DNA of 64,000 nt from Tubiluchus corallicola (Eukaryota > Animalia > Priapulida): positions 186,001 through 250,000 of the forward strand of contig JAQGDQ010000197.1 in assembly GCA_030141605.1 (NCBI GenBank), written 5' to 3'. Position 1 is the first letter of the stretch; every line of letters begins with the position of its first letter. This document shows positions 24,923 through 34,999 of the stretch, piece after piece. A model generated the notes under the pieces. It searched no databases. It worked only from the letters and a program-made list of their open reading frames with translations, and was not told where the DNA came from. Made by a program: the position numbers and the translations under genes.

Positions 24923-27446
24923 CATTATTATTATTATTATTATTATTACTATTTATTAAAGACAAATTTCAGACTAAATACTGAAAAAATGTTGATAAAG
25001 TTATTAGCAGCTTATTCAAAAACAGCTTTACAAGTTAGCACGATTGTGCAAATTTCAATAATAATGCAAAGTAGCCAAAGGTAGCACCATGTTTTTGTTT
25101 CGTTTAACTCTGTCACAGTATTATTTATGTTAGTTTATATGAATCCGGTTGATTTTATTAAATGTGATTTATGAATGCAAGATACAGATTAAAACATTTG
25201 ATTTAGTGATGTGTCCAAAGTAATAGAAGTGCACTTTTGTTTTCCATATTATCAAATTTTCAATAAGAATTAGTTTCTTATGTGTAGCCAAGAGGAAAGG
25301 GTTTGCATTTGTTCAGCAAAAAGTCAAAGCATCCAGAGGTAGACTATGATGAGTATGTGTGTCCCATGGATATTCAGGGTCCCTCTGGTCACATTGTGAC
25401 ACGCAATGGAGGGCCTGTACAAGATCAAGCACTGGTCAGAGTGGAACGCAAGGTTTGTTGTGACTGCATAAATTGCATTAGAGAGTTGAATTGCCTTCCT
25501 TTTTGTTACATTGTAATTCTAATCCTGAGTTTTCAAATTTTGTGAAATTTTGTGTGATGTTCATTAATTTATTTTTTCTGGGTTGGTGATTTGCTAAGTT
25601 TTTTTTGCTACAGTTCTAATGCAACTAGGACAGCTTTCTTAATACTGCTAAGTTGGGAATTTTGAAATTGTTTGGAAGTGATACAGTTTTCAGTATGATT
25701 TTCCAAATAATTTTCTTTTTTGAATTACTGATTTTCTCACTTTGTGTATTTTGTGTAGTAGAATCCTTTTCTGGTGATGGCTTTCAGCTTTTTTTATTTC
25801 ATAACATAATAATTTGCATTAAAAATTACTATTTATAGATAGGTATAGATCAAAAGATACATGCCCTTCAATTACTGATTTTTATCATCATATGTATGAG
25901 CAGAATTCATATAAAAACATGCATCCATAAACATTCATAACAATATGTTTCTGCTCACCACGAGAAAAGCAGGATCATTACTTAAAAGTATAACGGTTGC
26001 ATTTCAGAAAGAGGCACAAGTAGCTAATGAAGTAAATTCATTCAGTAAAGAACTTGACACTTTAACGGTAAGACAACAAATGATTTTTTTGTTTACTTAC
26101 ATTCAAATAAAAACAATCATTTGAGTTTACAAACTGGGCAAAACTGAAAAAACCTTGTGGCAGCCCAGTTAATATTATTAGATAGGTCAAAACTCTGTTT
26201 AACAGCTAATGTGGTTCATTCCACATTCCACGTGCATTGTAGCCGTTCCGTATGCAGCAAGGAATTGCATTTTCTGGGCTTTCTCCATTTTTATTAATGA
26301 TAAACTGAGAAGTTACTAATTAGTAGTCTCATGCTTGGTTTACACAATCCGACAAAATTGGTTTGAGTCGGACAGACTTTATTGGGCGTTGTGTGAATGG
26401 GAAAATTTTTGACAGCTCCAATGAAAGTCAGGAAGTACTCTACTTTTCGTCCAACTTCGTGGCAGTATAACCATTAATAGAACTTCTCGTGTTTGTGTGA
26501 CATTCTATAGACTATTGTGAATGGGAAAGCACATATGAAATACTATAAATAAGACAAATTACAGCTATTCATTATTTTTGCATTTTGCAGAGAGAGGGTG
26601 GGGGAAAGAGTGTAAGAGGGGTGGTAGGGAGAAAGAGGGAGAGAGGCAGAGAGAAAAGGGAAAAAGAGAGAATGGAGGAGGGACAGAGAGAGGAAAAGAG
26701 AGGAGGGAGGGAGGGAGTGGAGTTGGGTTACAGCATCTGACAACTAATACAACAATTATTAAATAAATTCATGAAAATCATATCGTCTAAATTGGGCTTT
26801 ATACATAAAAAGTCCAAAAAGTATTGTTAGTCTAACGTTTTGGTCAGTCAGTGGTTTAAGGAATAACTTTTCAGAATAAAGTAAGTAAAGGTGTTGGTAA
26901 ATCAAACTTTGCTTACTCATAATTGTTTTTATTCTGTTCTTGCTTCTTGCTTTTTATGCAGTTTAGCAGCATGCAATGCCATTGCTTAAACTGAAAATGG
27001 CGGAGTTTTGTTTTTCACAATTCTTTGAACTACTGTTTCTGAAACTTTTCTGACACTTTCTCGTTTTGTTTTATCAGTAACTGCTTCATTTTTTTCTAAC
27101 TTGATTGTAGTTGGAGAACAAGCATTTGGTAAGCAAATGGTCAAGTTGTAAAGAAATAAATTCAACATAAATAATTAATTGTGCGAAAATAAAGTGATGA
27201 ATTGGCATTTTGAGCTTGTACAACACAGTGGGGTTAATTGTCATATTAGTAAATTCCATGAAATTTCACTGTACTGTTTTTCAGTTAAACACATCTGGTG
27301 GCTGGGATGCTGTAGGTTGCATCTGTTCTTAAAAACTATAAATTTAAAACATAAATCATTATTTTGATTTCTCTACCTACTTACAGACTCAACTAGAGAA
27401 AGATGTTCAGATGTTAAATGAAGCCACACCATCGTCAGATGTTTAG
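163..27446 (+). CDS. PPFIBP1: Liprin-beta (PPFIBP1/PPFIBP2 ortholog), multi-exon gene, 5' partial
   Basis: Hand-spliced GT-AG exons give one continuous frame with liprin-beta hallmarks: RLETDKASLQLQVQVLSDQVEAQ, RSSLETHKLDLMTEIS, MMAANSEKD, RSTSAPNLAE, RGGFRATAGPRLGWS, three SAM domains (LHRKKLQLAL; WLDDVGLPQY..DGRMLHYMT; WTNHRVMEWLRSVDLSEYAPNLRGSGVHG), EYVCPM and terminal SDV*. The form starting at ATG 6568 has 20 exons, 2886 nt, 961 aa. Confidence 0.97.
640..2350 (-). mobile_element. Decayed non-LTR retrotransposon (RTE-like) fragments
   Basis: Minus-strand remnants PDEITNELW (cf. GPDGITNE), NIIHTSGNI, and LVVLSQVL...RKLHALQQ..AILGL (cf. RTE C-terminal LSTLLYG...LDAFQ..LRRILGI); many stops; boundaries approximate. 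Confidence 0.5.
2396..2886. mobile_element. PIF/Harbinger-like non-autonomous DNA transposon
   Basis: 30-bp TIRs (2396-2425 and 2857-2886, 25/30 matching, GGGACCATCCA...), TAA on both flanks as a 3-bp TSD, internal direct repeat ccattataatgcaag. Confidence 0.8.
6568..7083 (+). CDS. PPFIBP1: Liprin-beta alternative first or cassette exon, Pro/Ser/Tyr/His-rich disordered segment
   Basis: 172 open codons from ATG 6568 to aag|gtactt, phase 0, in frame with exon 8767; an upstream acceptor at 6543 is also in frame. Confidence 0.78.
8767..8847 (+). CDS. PPFIBP1: Liprin-beta exon (coiled coil)
   Basis: tttcag|SLSLPSAAELQEKVKRLETDKASLQLQ|gtaagt. Confidence 0.95.
8900..9720 (-). mobile_element. 3' fragment of a CR1/L2-group LINE in a liprin intron
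   Basis: Minus strand LHTRMWVGYSQLN...LLKLLLAGDEQISYKLN(CKIFEYVQTYI) fits the C-terminus of invertebrate LINE ORF2; frameshifted; boundaries approximate. Confidence 0.7.
9775..9888 (+). CDS. PPFIBP1: Liprin-beta exon (coiled coil)
   Basis: ttatag|VQVLSDQVEAQTDKIEELEKSLNERRSKLSSAEELLQH|gtaagt. Confidence 0.96.
10025..10170. mobile_element. Short inverted-repeat element with internal CCCTAA-like array, copy 1
   Basis: gagtttacaatt...aattgtaaactt ends around degenerate cctaac units; same flanks as 46991-47144. Confidence 0.65.
10199..10330 (+). CDS. PPFIBP1: Liprin-beta exon (coiled coil)
   Basis: ttacag|EMVTRSSLETHKLDLMTEISNMKLRLAAAEKDKLEIQENLHSSQ|gtagag. Confidence 0.95.
10957..11086 (+). 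CDS. PPFIBP1: Liprin-beta exon
   Basis: ttatag|IELKLLQSKLTDRDYEIRGLKNYKRGDSSPTKSSFLTNYAAES+g|gtatca, phase 0 to 1. Confidence 0.88.
12281..12617. mobile_element. hAT-type MITE
   Basis: TIR TAGGGGTGAGCA / TGCTCTCCCCTA (11/12) with a perfect 8-bp TSD TAAATGAA. Confidence 0.88.
12693..12845 (+). CDS. PPFIBP1: Liprin-beta exon (coiled coil)
   Basis: gtttag|(A)AEIERLKMALENMMAANSEKDKVIEELKKTVDRFHKVQEIV...|gtgcat, phase 1 to 1. Confidence 0.92.
13030..13720 (-). mobile_element. 3' LINE fragment with (AAT)n tail
   Basis: (att)n at 13032-13053 as the tail; minus-strand GYNSQLLR-like remnant followed by a TG/T-rich 3' UTR; very decayed. Confidence 0.45.
14319..14388 (-). mobile_element. tRNA-derived SINE head (degenerate)
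   Basis: Minus strand tagtacaatg (A-box-like), ctgc-ccggaaa-gcag stem-loop, ggttcaagtacc (B-box-like); no complete cloverleaf. Confidence 0.45.
14629..14760 (+). CDS. PPFIBP1: Liprin-beta exon (disordered linker)
   Basis: atgtag|(G)MHDDDSDINQTLKATNEPNYFMPSPSAASTPVDGSLVESPKIM|gtaaga, phase 1 to 1. Confidence 0.85.
15049..15179 (+). CDS. PPFIBP1: Liprin-beta exon (disordered linker)
   Basis: ttacag|(G)KPPISTTPSSILKNPQKG...SNSCEDIIPVVK|gtacat, phase 1 to 0. Confidence 0.85.
16468..16679. mobile_element. ~200-bp inverted-repeat MITE, copy 1
   Basis: Imperfect TIR agtggcacttacctggca / tgtcaggtaaacaccact; core gtataaaaa(a)tcaataggaaatagc...tgataaacgggtgc shared with 55549-55752. Confidence 0.7.
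16892..17039 (+). CDS. PPFIBP1: Liprin-beta exon (SAPNL motif)
   Basis: ttgcag|SSPQQRRYTSETLPAR...LGKGILKLKANRSTSAPNL+g|gtgaaa, phase 0 to 1. Confidence 0.92.
19029..19527. mobile_element. hAT-type MITE
   Basis: TIR CAGTGGCAGCTTGT / ACAAGCCACCACTA (11/14); 8-bp TSD GTCAAGAC / GCCAAGAC. Confidence 0.78.
19979..20093 (+). CDS. PPFIBP1: Liprin-beta exon
   Basis: ttttag|(A)EADPNIAANPHAG...KQKGLKKFFG(R)|gtttgt, phase 1 to 2. Confidence 0.9.
20839..20991 (+). CDS. PPFIBP1: Liprin-beta exon (RATAGPRLGW motif)
   Basis: ctgcag|IRRTSSQTLE...FQRGGFRATAGPRLGWSREFKP|gtaagt, phase 2 to 2. Confidence 0.96.
21652..21802 (+). CDS. PPFIBP1: Liprin-beta exon (SAM1)
   Basis: gtttag|ELDTPFARWDGDKVAMWMHEIGL...LLRATPHDLEK|gtgtgt. 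Confidence 0.96.
22109..22220 (+). CDS. PPFIBP1: Liprin-beta exon (SAM1/SAM2)
   Basis: ttatag|ELGIHNHLHRKKLQLALQAVGSEEQDTMCNLDHHWVT+c|gtaagt. Confidence 0.96.
22193..22640 (+). repeat. 48-52 bp tandem array (~10 units, some truncated) spanning an exon/intron junction
   Basis: Unit tgcaatcttgatcatcattgggtcacacgtaagtttcttctcatgtaata starts at 22193, 22243, 22291, 22341, 22389, 22439, 22491 and onward. Confidence 0.95.
22681..22769 (+). CDS. PPFIBP1: Liprin-beta exon (SAM2)
   Basis: ttaaag|(R)WLDDVGLPQYKEAFSEARVDGRMLHYMTV|gtatga. Confidence 0.96.
23196..23321 (+). CDS. PPFIBP1: Liprin-beta exon (SAM2)
   Basis: ttgtag|EDLLQMKVFSALHHVSFRRGIQLLRLYNYNPNCLRRRPTDDQ|gtattc. Confidence 0.96.
23926..24054 (+). 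CDS. PPFIBP1: Liprin-beta exon (SAM3)
   Basis: ttttag|PVENAPREVMLWTNHRVMEWLRSVDLSEYAPNLRGSGVHGALI|gtaagt. Confidence 0.97.
24613..24801 (+). CDS. PPFIBP1: Liprin-beta exon (SAM3)
   Basis: tctcag|ILEPKFHAETLAQLLNIPNSKTLLRRHLSTHF...SASYKLK|gtgagt. Confidence 0.96.
24885..24957. repeat. (ATT)n microsatellite
   Basis: Direct reading. Confidence 0.95.
25288..25452 (+). CDS. PPFIBP1: Liprin-beta exon (EYVCPM motif)
   Basis: gtgtag|PRGKGLHLFSKKSKHPEVDYDEYVCPMD...VRVERK|gtttgt. Confidence 0.93.
26008..26067 (+). CDS. PPFIBP1: Liprin-beta penultimate exon
   Basis: tttcag|KEAQVANEVNSFSKELDTLT|gtaaga; resembles vertebrate IGAFSEGINNLT. Confidence 0.88.
26588..26727 (+). repeat. GA-rich polypurine low-complexity tract
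   Basis: ~140 nt almost entirely A/G. Confidence 0.9.
27387..27446 (+). CDS. PPFIBP1: Liprin-beta last coding exon, class I PDZ-binding C-terminus (-SDV)
   Basis: ttacag|TQLEKDVQMLNEATPSSDV*; S-x-V end like the -SNV of human liprin-beta1. Confidence 0.88.
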   Translation, partial: TQLEKDVQMLNEATPSSDV

Positions 27447-27537
27447 TGCTGCTTTATAAACATTAGTTTTCCAAATGGCGTAGGCGTATAAATGCAGTTG
27501 ATGGTATTTCTAAGAGAGCTTTCAGCTAGCTGCTCTA

Positions 27538-27899
27538 AATAAATCGAGCAATTAATGATTCTTGCTTGCCTATTTTGCTTTATTTTATAGCTGTTTGCAA
27601 TACTATAGTAATACTTTCTACATACTGTAGTCGTATTTATGGTAAGCAGGCTCGTGAAATACTGAGATGTCCAACTTCAAAATCATGTCAACAAGCTTGA
27701 GTTATACTGGTTCTGAACATTTTAGAATTATTTATTGTTTAAATGCCAGAATTTCTTTTAAAATGCGTAGTAACCCTATAATGAATATTTTACCCTTATA
27801 TTTTGCCAGTAAATTTTAACGAATTGTAATAAATGTGTTTATATTTGCTATGATTTGTTGACATCGTTGAGTGTACATCAAATTGTTTTTATTAATAAA
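27538..27899 (+). promoter_or_regulatory. Candidate polyadenylation signals in the liprin-beta 3' UTR
   Basis: AATAAA at 27538, 27828 and 27894; common by chance in AT-rich DNA, so usage is unknown. Confidence 0.35.
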
Positions 27900-29399
27900 T
27901 GCTAATTATTGATAAGCATATTTTTAAACGTGATTAAAACTGATGCCTTATTTCGAAGTTGTCTTCCCTTGATGTAATTGTATAGTTTTATGATTAGTAT
28001 GTTCAGGTTGTGAACGAGCATTTGAAATTATCCTGATAAAAAGCATCCGGAACCTTGATTACCTGATAAAATTTTATTGCTGCAGATTTTAATTGTATAA
28101 GGTTGTGTCAGATTTGTTCAAAATAATTCCAGTAGTACAAATGCATGTCTTATGCAAGTAGTCATTCTTTTTTAACTTATTATGTATGTACCACAATGGT
28201 TGATTTCGTCGATAAGATTATTCTGAAATCGTATATGATACTTGTCATTTTACTTACTGTGTTATTAGCTGCACAAACATTGCAGTTTCCATTATTTTGG
28301 TTTATATTTACTTTAATATTTTATGGCTAGTCAGTATTTGCTGATAGAAAGTGTTAAACGTTTTACATTTACTTTGTAAATTGGTCAAATTTTGTTAAAT
28401 TATTTGGGCGCTGTAAGCCACGTTCCAACACTCGGTGGGGGGAAGCAATTTGGCCAGAACTATCCCTTATTTAAGATAATCCTCTAAAATGTGACGCTAA
28501 GTATCTTAGCCATGTTTGAAGTACAGTCACCCATCAATTTTATGTCAGAGTTCAAGTTTACTCCTTTTTGTTTGTTAAATACATTTCTCTGCTCCATTAT
28601 GCAGTTATGGTGTGAAGTCATGTTCTTGGTTGCAACAATGACTTTACTACATCTTGTTATAATGTTAAAAGATTTGCCAAATGTAATGCATTTTATGCTT
28701 AATGAAACTCGGTATGCATTTTTTTGATAACAAATTTAACAATAATTATTATTTTATAATGAATACATGTGTTGTTCAACATTTATACGTTTCCTGTTTT
28801 TCCTTGACATGCAGTTTGGCACTGCAAGTAAATATCAGCACTTATTGGTAAGAGCCTGTTTTTTACATAATGGCTAGGGTGTGACCATATTATGTTACCA
28901 AGCAAAACCTTCTAAAATGAAATACGTGATCTTATCTAATTGGATATAATCGCCCTATTTAGATTAAGATGTTAACATTAGCCGTACCTCATTTGCCCTT
29001 ATCCCAAAAGCTAAATAATCTAGGAGATGGAGTTTACCTAAAAGAAAATAAATTGGCAAGCTTACAGATGTCAGAAAGTTAGGGCACAACAACAAGTTTT
29101 AGTTTAAGAACTGGGATCCGGGTGGGTTTGCTATTAACTGAAAGTAGCTAAAAACTTTGCGGTCGTTGTAATTATGTCCAAAATCTATTCTAATAAATTA
29201 CACAAACAGCTAAATTTAATTTTATACAATTTACTTATTTAAGTATGTTTTTGGTGATTCTGATTGTCAGTTAACTAATAGCTAGCGAAGACAGAACAAT
29301 GTCACTTTCAGGGTGGCAGTTACAGTTTTTCGAAAAATGTAGAAATTTGTTAGCTGACACAAGATATAGGAAAATTCCAGCATTGTGTGCTTACTTAGA

Positions 29400-29620
29400 T
29401 CTCACAAACATTTTTGAAAATATCAGACATTCTCTTGAAATTTCGCATCTTGTCTGCTTTAGTTGAACCTTTTTATACAATGTTGAACTGTGGAGTGTGG
29501 ACAGTAAGAGCTAAAGAATAAAACAAAATACTAGTAGATGCTTTTCAAAGACGCTTCGACGGAAAGTTAACGGACTAATTTGTTTAACAAATGGATATTG
29601 CCCAGGGATAATTTGTATGA
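29400..29620 (+). mobile_element. RTE-like LINE fragment
   Basis: FLYNVELW...KILVDAFQRRF (cf. FLYNSELWT...IDAFQRRLLR). Confidence 0.5.
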
Positions 29621-30269
29621 TCATTATGATGTCGACAACTGGATGTTGGAATAAATAAATCCAAACTGAGACGACTGAATGATATAGGTTATACTTGAGA
29701 AACTGCTTGGTAGTGAGGAAAACGAATTCTTAAAATAAATATGACTGCCAGCACCCCCTTGAGGAAAAACGTTGCTTTCATTCAGACCATTCCTTTGTGA
29801 CGTTTCGACCTTCAACTCGTTATGATCATACATTTTTGTTATACATTGAGGTTGTAAACAAAGGTTTTTGAACTGATTAGTGAATACTGATAACCATCTG
29901 TAGTATGACTATAATAATCACAGGAGGTTGTACTTTAGTACTATAGTACATTCGATATATCTATGACGCGCAACAGTGCGTTTTGTGTACGGGAATTTTA
30001 GATTATTTCGGCATTCGGCACGCCTGGTGTAGAATGAAGCAGACGAATAAGCGAGACGATGGCGTGGATATTGTAGTTTAGTAGCATACAGTGTCATACA
30101 CACTTTGTTTAGTAACTATTAATAATTTTTTATGTTGAAATTATATTTAAGCCTGACTGTGGAAGAGAGAGGATGTCGATATGGCTTTTGACAAGTTGCT
30201 TCAAGAACTTTTCTTCCTGTACGTTGCTTTTGAACATACCAAAAGTCAAGGAGGGTCAACTACTAACGT

Positions 30270-31720
30270 ATATTCAATTTCAATTCATTTCAGGTTTATT
30301 GCACAACTTCTGTTACAGAGAACATTGACAAATTCTACAGTACACATTAGGACACATTATTAAAAAACATAAGTGAAAAACAGAATTGCACAGTGTTTAA
30401 CATTAAAATTTTACAAGTCACTAGCAGTATTAAAAACAAAGACCAAGGTAGAATCTTAAAACATTATAATAAATTGTTGATTGTTGTACACGTAGCACAA
30501 TAGTAAACATTTTACAGCATTATAATAAGAAAATAAATGTAATATCAACTATTGGTGAATCATTTACATAAGGGGTAACTCACTTGGGAAGCTGTATTAA
30601 TTAAAAAATGTAGCAGGATATGTAGTGTAAATTAAAAGTTATAGGACTATTGCAAGAAACACTTTTTGACAAAAGAAGTGTATACGAGTGAGTTACGTAA
30701 CACAAGGTTAATGTCAACAATTAGGATCATGGTAACACGAGCGACAAAGTTTTCAGTGGACATTACATTCTACATGAATTTAATAAATTAAATCATAATA
30801 CTAATCCAAAATAAACTTGCAAAAGATTCGTATTACAACTTTGAGTTACTGTGACTGGTTCTGCGATCCAACATCATCTTCCACAGAACTAGGGGTAAAA
30901 ACTGCATGACTTAATGCAACACCTGATTGATTTTGATTTGGTTTAATATTTTATTTAAACTTTACAAAGCTCATATACACGCCACAAACTAATACAAAAA
31001 ATCCAATAAATTATGGCACACGACAATGACACAAAAAAAATTAATGATATAACATACTCTGCCACTTAATTTCAGAAAACAAGTTTACATCCTTATTTAA
31101 AATACTCTTGCACGTAAAATTTTCACTCTAATTCAGCCTGACGTATAAACTGCTTTTACATTTTCTACTGATCACATCAAAATAAACAAGTTTAACTCTA
31201 GTTGAAATATATCTGACACTAGTATCACGTGAAAGTTAAAAAGTTACCGTGCTGATACATTATATGCAACTTTGACTGTTTGAGTTCCTTAAGATTGTAA
31301 GATTAAAAAATTTTCCAACTGGACATACAGGAAAAGTAGTGCAGTAAGCAATATCAAAGTCATCTCTGTTGTCTTCCGATATAATATGACCTGAAATTTT
31401 TTTGCAATAGGTACAAAATTTTTCACTCCAAACCTACAGATTCAGAAGTAAACTGTTGTATATGAGCAGAGCGAAATCTGACAAGTTTAGTGTTCACATT
31501 TACAAGAATATTGTATTTGTTAGCAAATTTATTAAAAATATCTAACAGTTTGCGCAAAACTGCCATGATTGTTACCAAAAGACATGTCGCCAGCGTACAT
31601 CAAGTGATTAATGCAGGCTTCCACAATATGACAACCCACAACAGAGTTAGCAAGTTCACCACTGAGATTTTTAAAATAGAAATAGAATAACAGTGGAGAC
31701 ATTTGTCCACCCACCTTGAC
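30270..31720 (-). mobile_element. Decayed LINE (reverse transcriptase and 3' UTR)
   Basis: Minus strand GGQMSPLLF and CINHLMYAGD (cf. QGG-LSP-LF, INHLLYADD); boundaries approximate. Confidence 0.7.
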
Positions 31721-32599
31721 GAATTACGTTACCATCCGACCTTTGAGAGCAAAGGACTGCAGGGTTGACCCCAAATTAAAAAAAAACAGATCTGACAAAT
31801 TGGTTATTGTGCTGCAATTATCTTATTTCTGGCAGGTTAACACCAATGATTTTTCAAAACTAATAATGTTTTTAATTTTGTTCAATGCTGAAGTTGGAGA
31901 GGTAAGAAGGAATGGAAGTTGGCGGTAGCGAGCCGAAGAGCTGAGTGGTTGTAGCTATAGTGTTTGTATGTGTGTAGGTGTTTAGCGAGTGAAGTTAAAC
32001 CATTCTGGACCTAGCTGCAAATGAATCGATGACTGCTGTGAAATTTCCTTTATCTGCTACTGTCTCTGGCCATTTGTCTCATTAGGAAAGTGCGATATGT
32101 AGATCCAATCATGGCGATTACTACAAGTTCACAATTTTTGTAATTTATTTCATCAAAATTTATCATTTTAACAATTATTTAATTCATAACGTTTGAATAA
32201 CAAGAACAGAATAATATTAGCGAAGAAATACAAATCTGTGCATTTGTTTGTTTTATTTTACTATACTCATTGCTTGGTAACAATAAAAGATCAAAAATCT
32301 ATCTTCAGAATATCAAAATAAGATCTGCCAATAGCCTGAATAAAAAGATACACATGCCTTTGAAAATGGTGTACTTTATAGTGAAGAGTAAATAGTGTGT
32401 AACGTCACACTTTCGCTCACGTTGAGCAAGAAATCATGTGATCATTGTTTTGCAAACACGCTGCTCATGCAGCGAAAGCATATATCTGGTAGAAGTGACA
32501 GTCAAAAATCATTACCACAACAATTTTTTAATGCAAGTAATTAAAAAACGAAAATGGTATTTAACAAAGTGCCATGCTGAATGGTCCGTTGTGGATTGA

Positions 32600-34600
32600 A
32601 TTTTGACCTATAATTGACCTATATATTGAGCAAAATTGTGAACAGAAGATACCAACGAAAGAATAAATTTTCCTAAAAACAGAGTTACGTATCAAAGCAA
32701 GTAAACCCCTGCTGATCTAGTTTGTAAATTCTTAAGAAAGCCATCTTCACTACTGACTACATTGTTCATATCCTACTGCTTAATGTGTCCGAAGCGTTTG
32801 ATACCGTGAAGAGGAAATTATTAAAAGTCATTTAGCTGATTGACAGGACAAAGATGTAGAAACGGTAACTGCTTATCTATTTCAAGTTCAACAACGCAGA
32901 CAAGATTTTCATCTATATCGTTGACGAAATTTATAAATTGCAGTGCCGCCTTTGCTACTAGCATATAAAGCCAGTCTACCATTTTTGTACCTAGCTTAAG
33001 GTTTTCATATCACTGCACAGTTATCCTTTGATACACATCCGTTGTATAATCACGTGCTTCCCAAAAATATTGCTGATACATTGCTGCTCTCTCTGCCTGA
33101 TTGTACTGTACATACTGTTATTGGAGCTAAACTGCACTTTAGCAATAAGTTCAGTAAACTATCTATATGATTTTTTTGATATGCAAGGTTTCAAGCAAAT
33201 TAAAATGTTAATGCATATGTGTCAGTCATGTTGTCATATAAATAAGTAAACTATTTTGCCTTTATGTAAATGACATTCTTGAAAGTATAGAAGAGTTTCA
33301 AGGCAATGTAACACAATATGTAGATGACGCATGTGTCCACACAAATAATACTGATCCTAGCAAAGCGTTAACTAACTTAAAAGAAACAGATGAAGAATTG
33401 GATTTGTTTTTGATTATCATCACCTGCAATTAAAATACAGAAAAAAACTGTTTTCACGTTACTTACTCCACATATTAATTCTGAGAACTCGACTTGCCAA
33501 TCACGAATAAGTGCACTATCTTTAACTCTTTTTAATGACAGTATCGAACAATCAACCTCTACTAATTTTTTTAGGCATCCAAATTGACAATAAGCTAAAT
33601 TAGGAGCATAAAAATAACAAAACTGTGCAAAAATGGGAAACAGTACTTCCTTCTTAAAACAAGTAAAAGGGCATTTAAGCATAAACACAAAATTACTTAT
33701 TTACAAAACTATGGTTCTGCCACATCTTACCTATGGCTCTGACCAAAAAATCATTAGATATCGATTCTATGCAAAATTTTGCGATAAGATGTATTCTTGG
33801 CTCTTCTAACCGACGATTGCAATATAATAACATGTTTCTTTATAAATATTGAAATAATATCTCTAAAGCATTTATGAATAATAATATTCAGTTTATTTCA
33901 TGCAAGCAATTCAACAGTCGAACAATGAATTTAAAACACATATAGACAAGTAATAGATTTTGGCATCAATCACTGAGTAAATTGATATAAATGTCTGGAA
34001 ATCACTATCAACTAACATTAAAACTGCCCAAACTGCCAGCTCCTTCAAAAGTAAACTAAAAGATGTTCTCCTTACAAATTATAATTGCCCAAACAATTAA
34101 AAATGATAATATTATGCCAAATACTGATTATATCACATTCAAACTTTAAACTTGAAATTCTTTAACTCGAATAAGTAAAAATATAAATTGCATGATATAC
34201 GTAAATGCTTTATCCAGTAAAACTCTCATATGTTTTTAATTTGCTTAAAATAATTTCTCAATGTGTGTATGCGTACTGTGTATTTGTATTGTATATTTTG
34301 TAAAGTTATTTATTATTTGTAATAAGGTTTATATTTTTAATTTGCTTTTAATGATTGTGTATTGTGTATTTGAGTGCACTTTTATAATTTGTCTATTCAC
34401 TTGCATATGTAGTTTTAATTTAGTTTTTAAGTGTGATAGTTTAAATGTGTAGGCCTACTAATAACGACACTATTGCTTTTATCAGTTTTTTTTATTAACT
34501 GGTTGCATACACATTTTAATGTAAATGTGATCCAAATTTTATGTTTGTATTACATGTAACTTTTTGGCAATAAGAATACTCCTACTACTAGTAATAATAA
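32600..34600 (+). mobile_element. Decayed LINE reverse transcriptase and 3' UTR
   Basis: LLNVSEAFDTV (cf. LLDLSKAFDTV) near 32773, QYVDD near 33313, IYKTMVLPHLTYG near 33700, long T/G-rich tail. Confidence 0.75.
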
Positions 34601-34999
34601 ATAGAAACAGGTTGCTCATATAGCAATAACAACACAAAAGTGCCAGTCGTAACTGCAACATCTTGCTATTTACCCAACTTTGTCTTTGCATTCGTCACAT
34701 ATCCTGCAAACGAAGAACAAGGTACTGTTTTGTTTTTGAAAGTTGACGACGCATAATTATGGTAGTGATGAAGGAGCGCACTGTAGTACTGCTATTCATT
34801 AAATTCATTCCTAAATACCTTCCTACTCAGGCTGCGCTATGAATGCACAGCAAATCATCATAATCATTCAGCTGTTCATACTGTCAATTGAGTTCCCAGC
34901 AGTCGAGTGTCACAATAGAATGACGCCTGCTAGAAAAGTACTTCAAGTTTACTGTTGTTTCAAAGTTCTTATAAATACGATTAATTATTAACCTGCTAC

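Noticed and set aside
26543-26766. Charged and Leu/Ser-rich ORFs on both strands
   Set aside because: Arise from the GA-rich tract, which lacks stop codons by composition.
27444-27491. Stop-codon readthrough of liprin-beta
   Set aside because: TAG-T is not a leaky context, and extension would bury the SDV motif.
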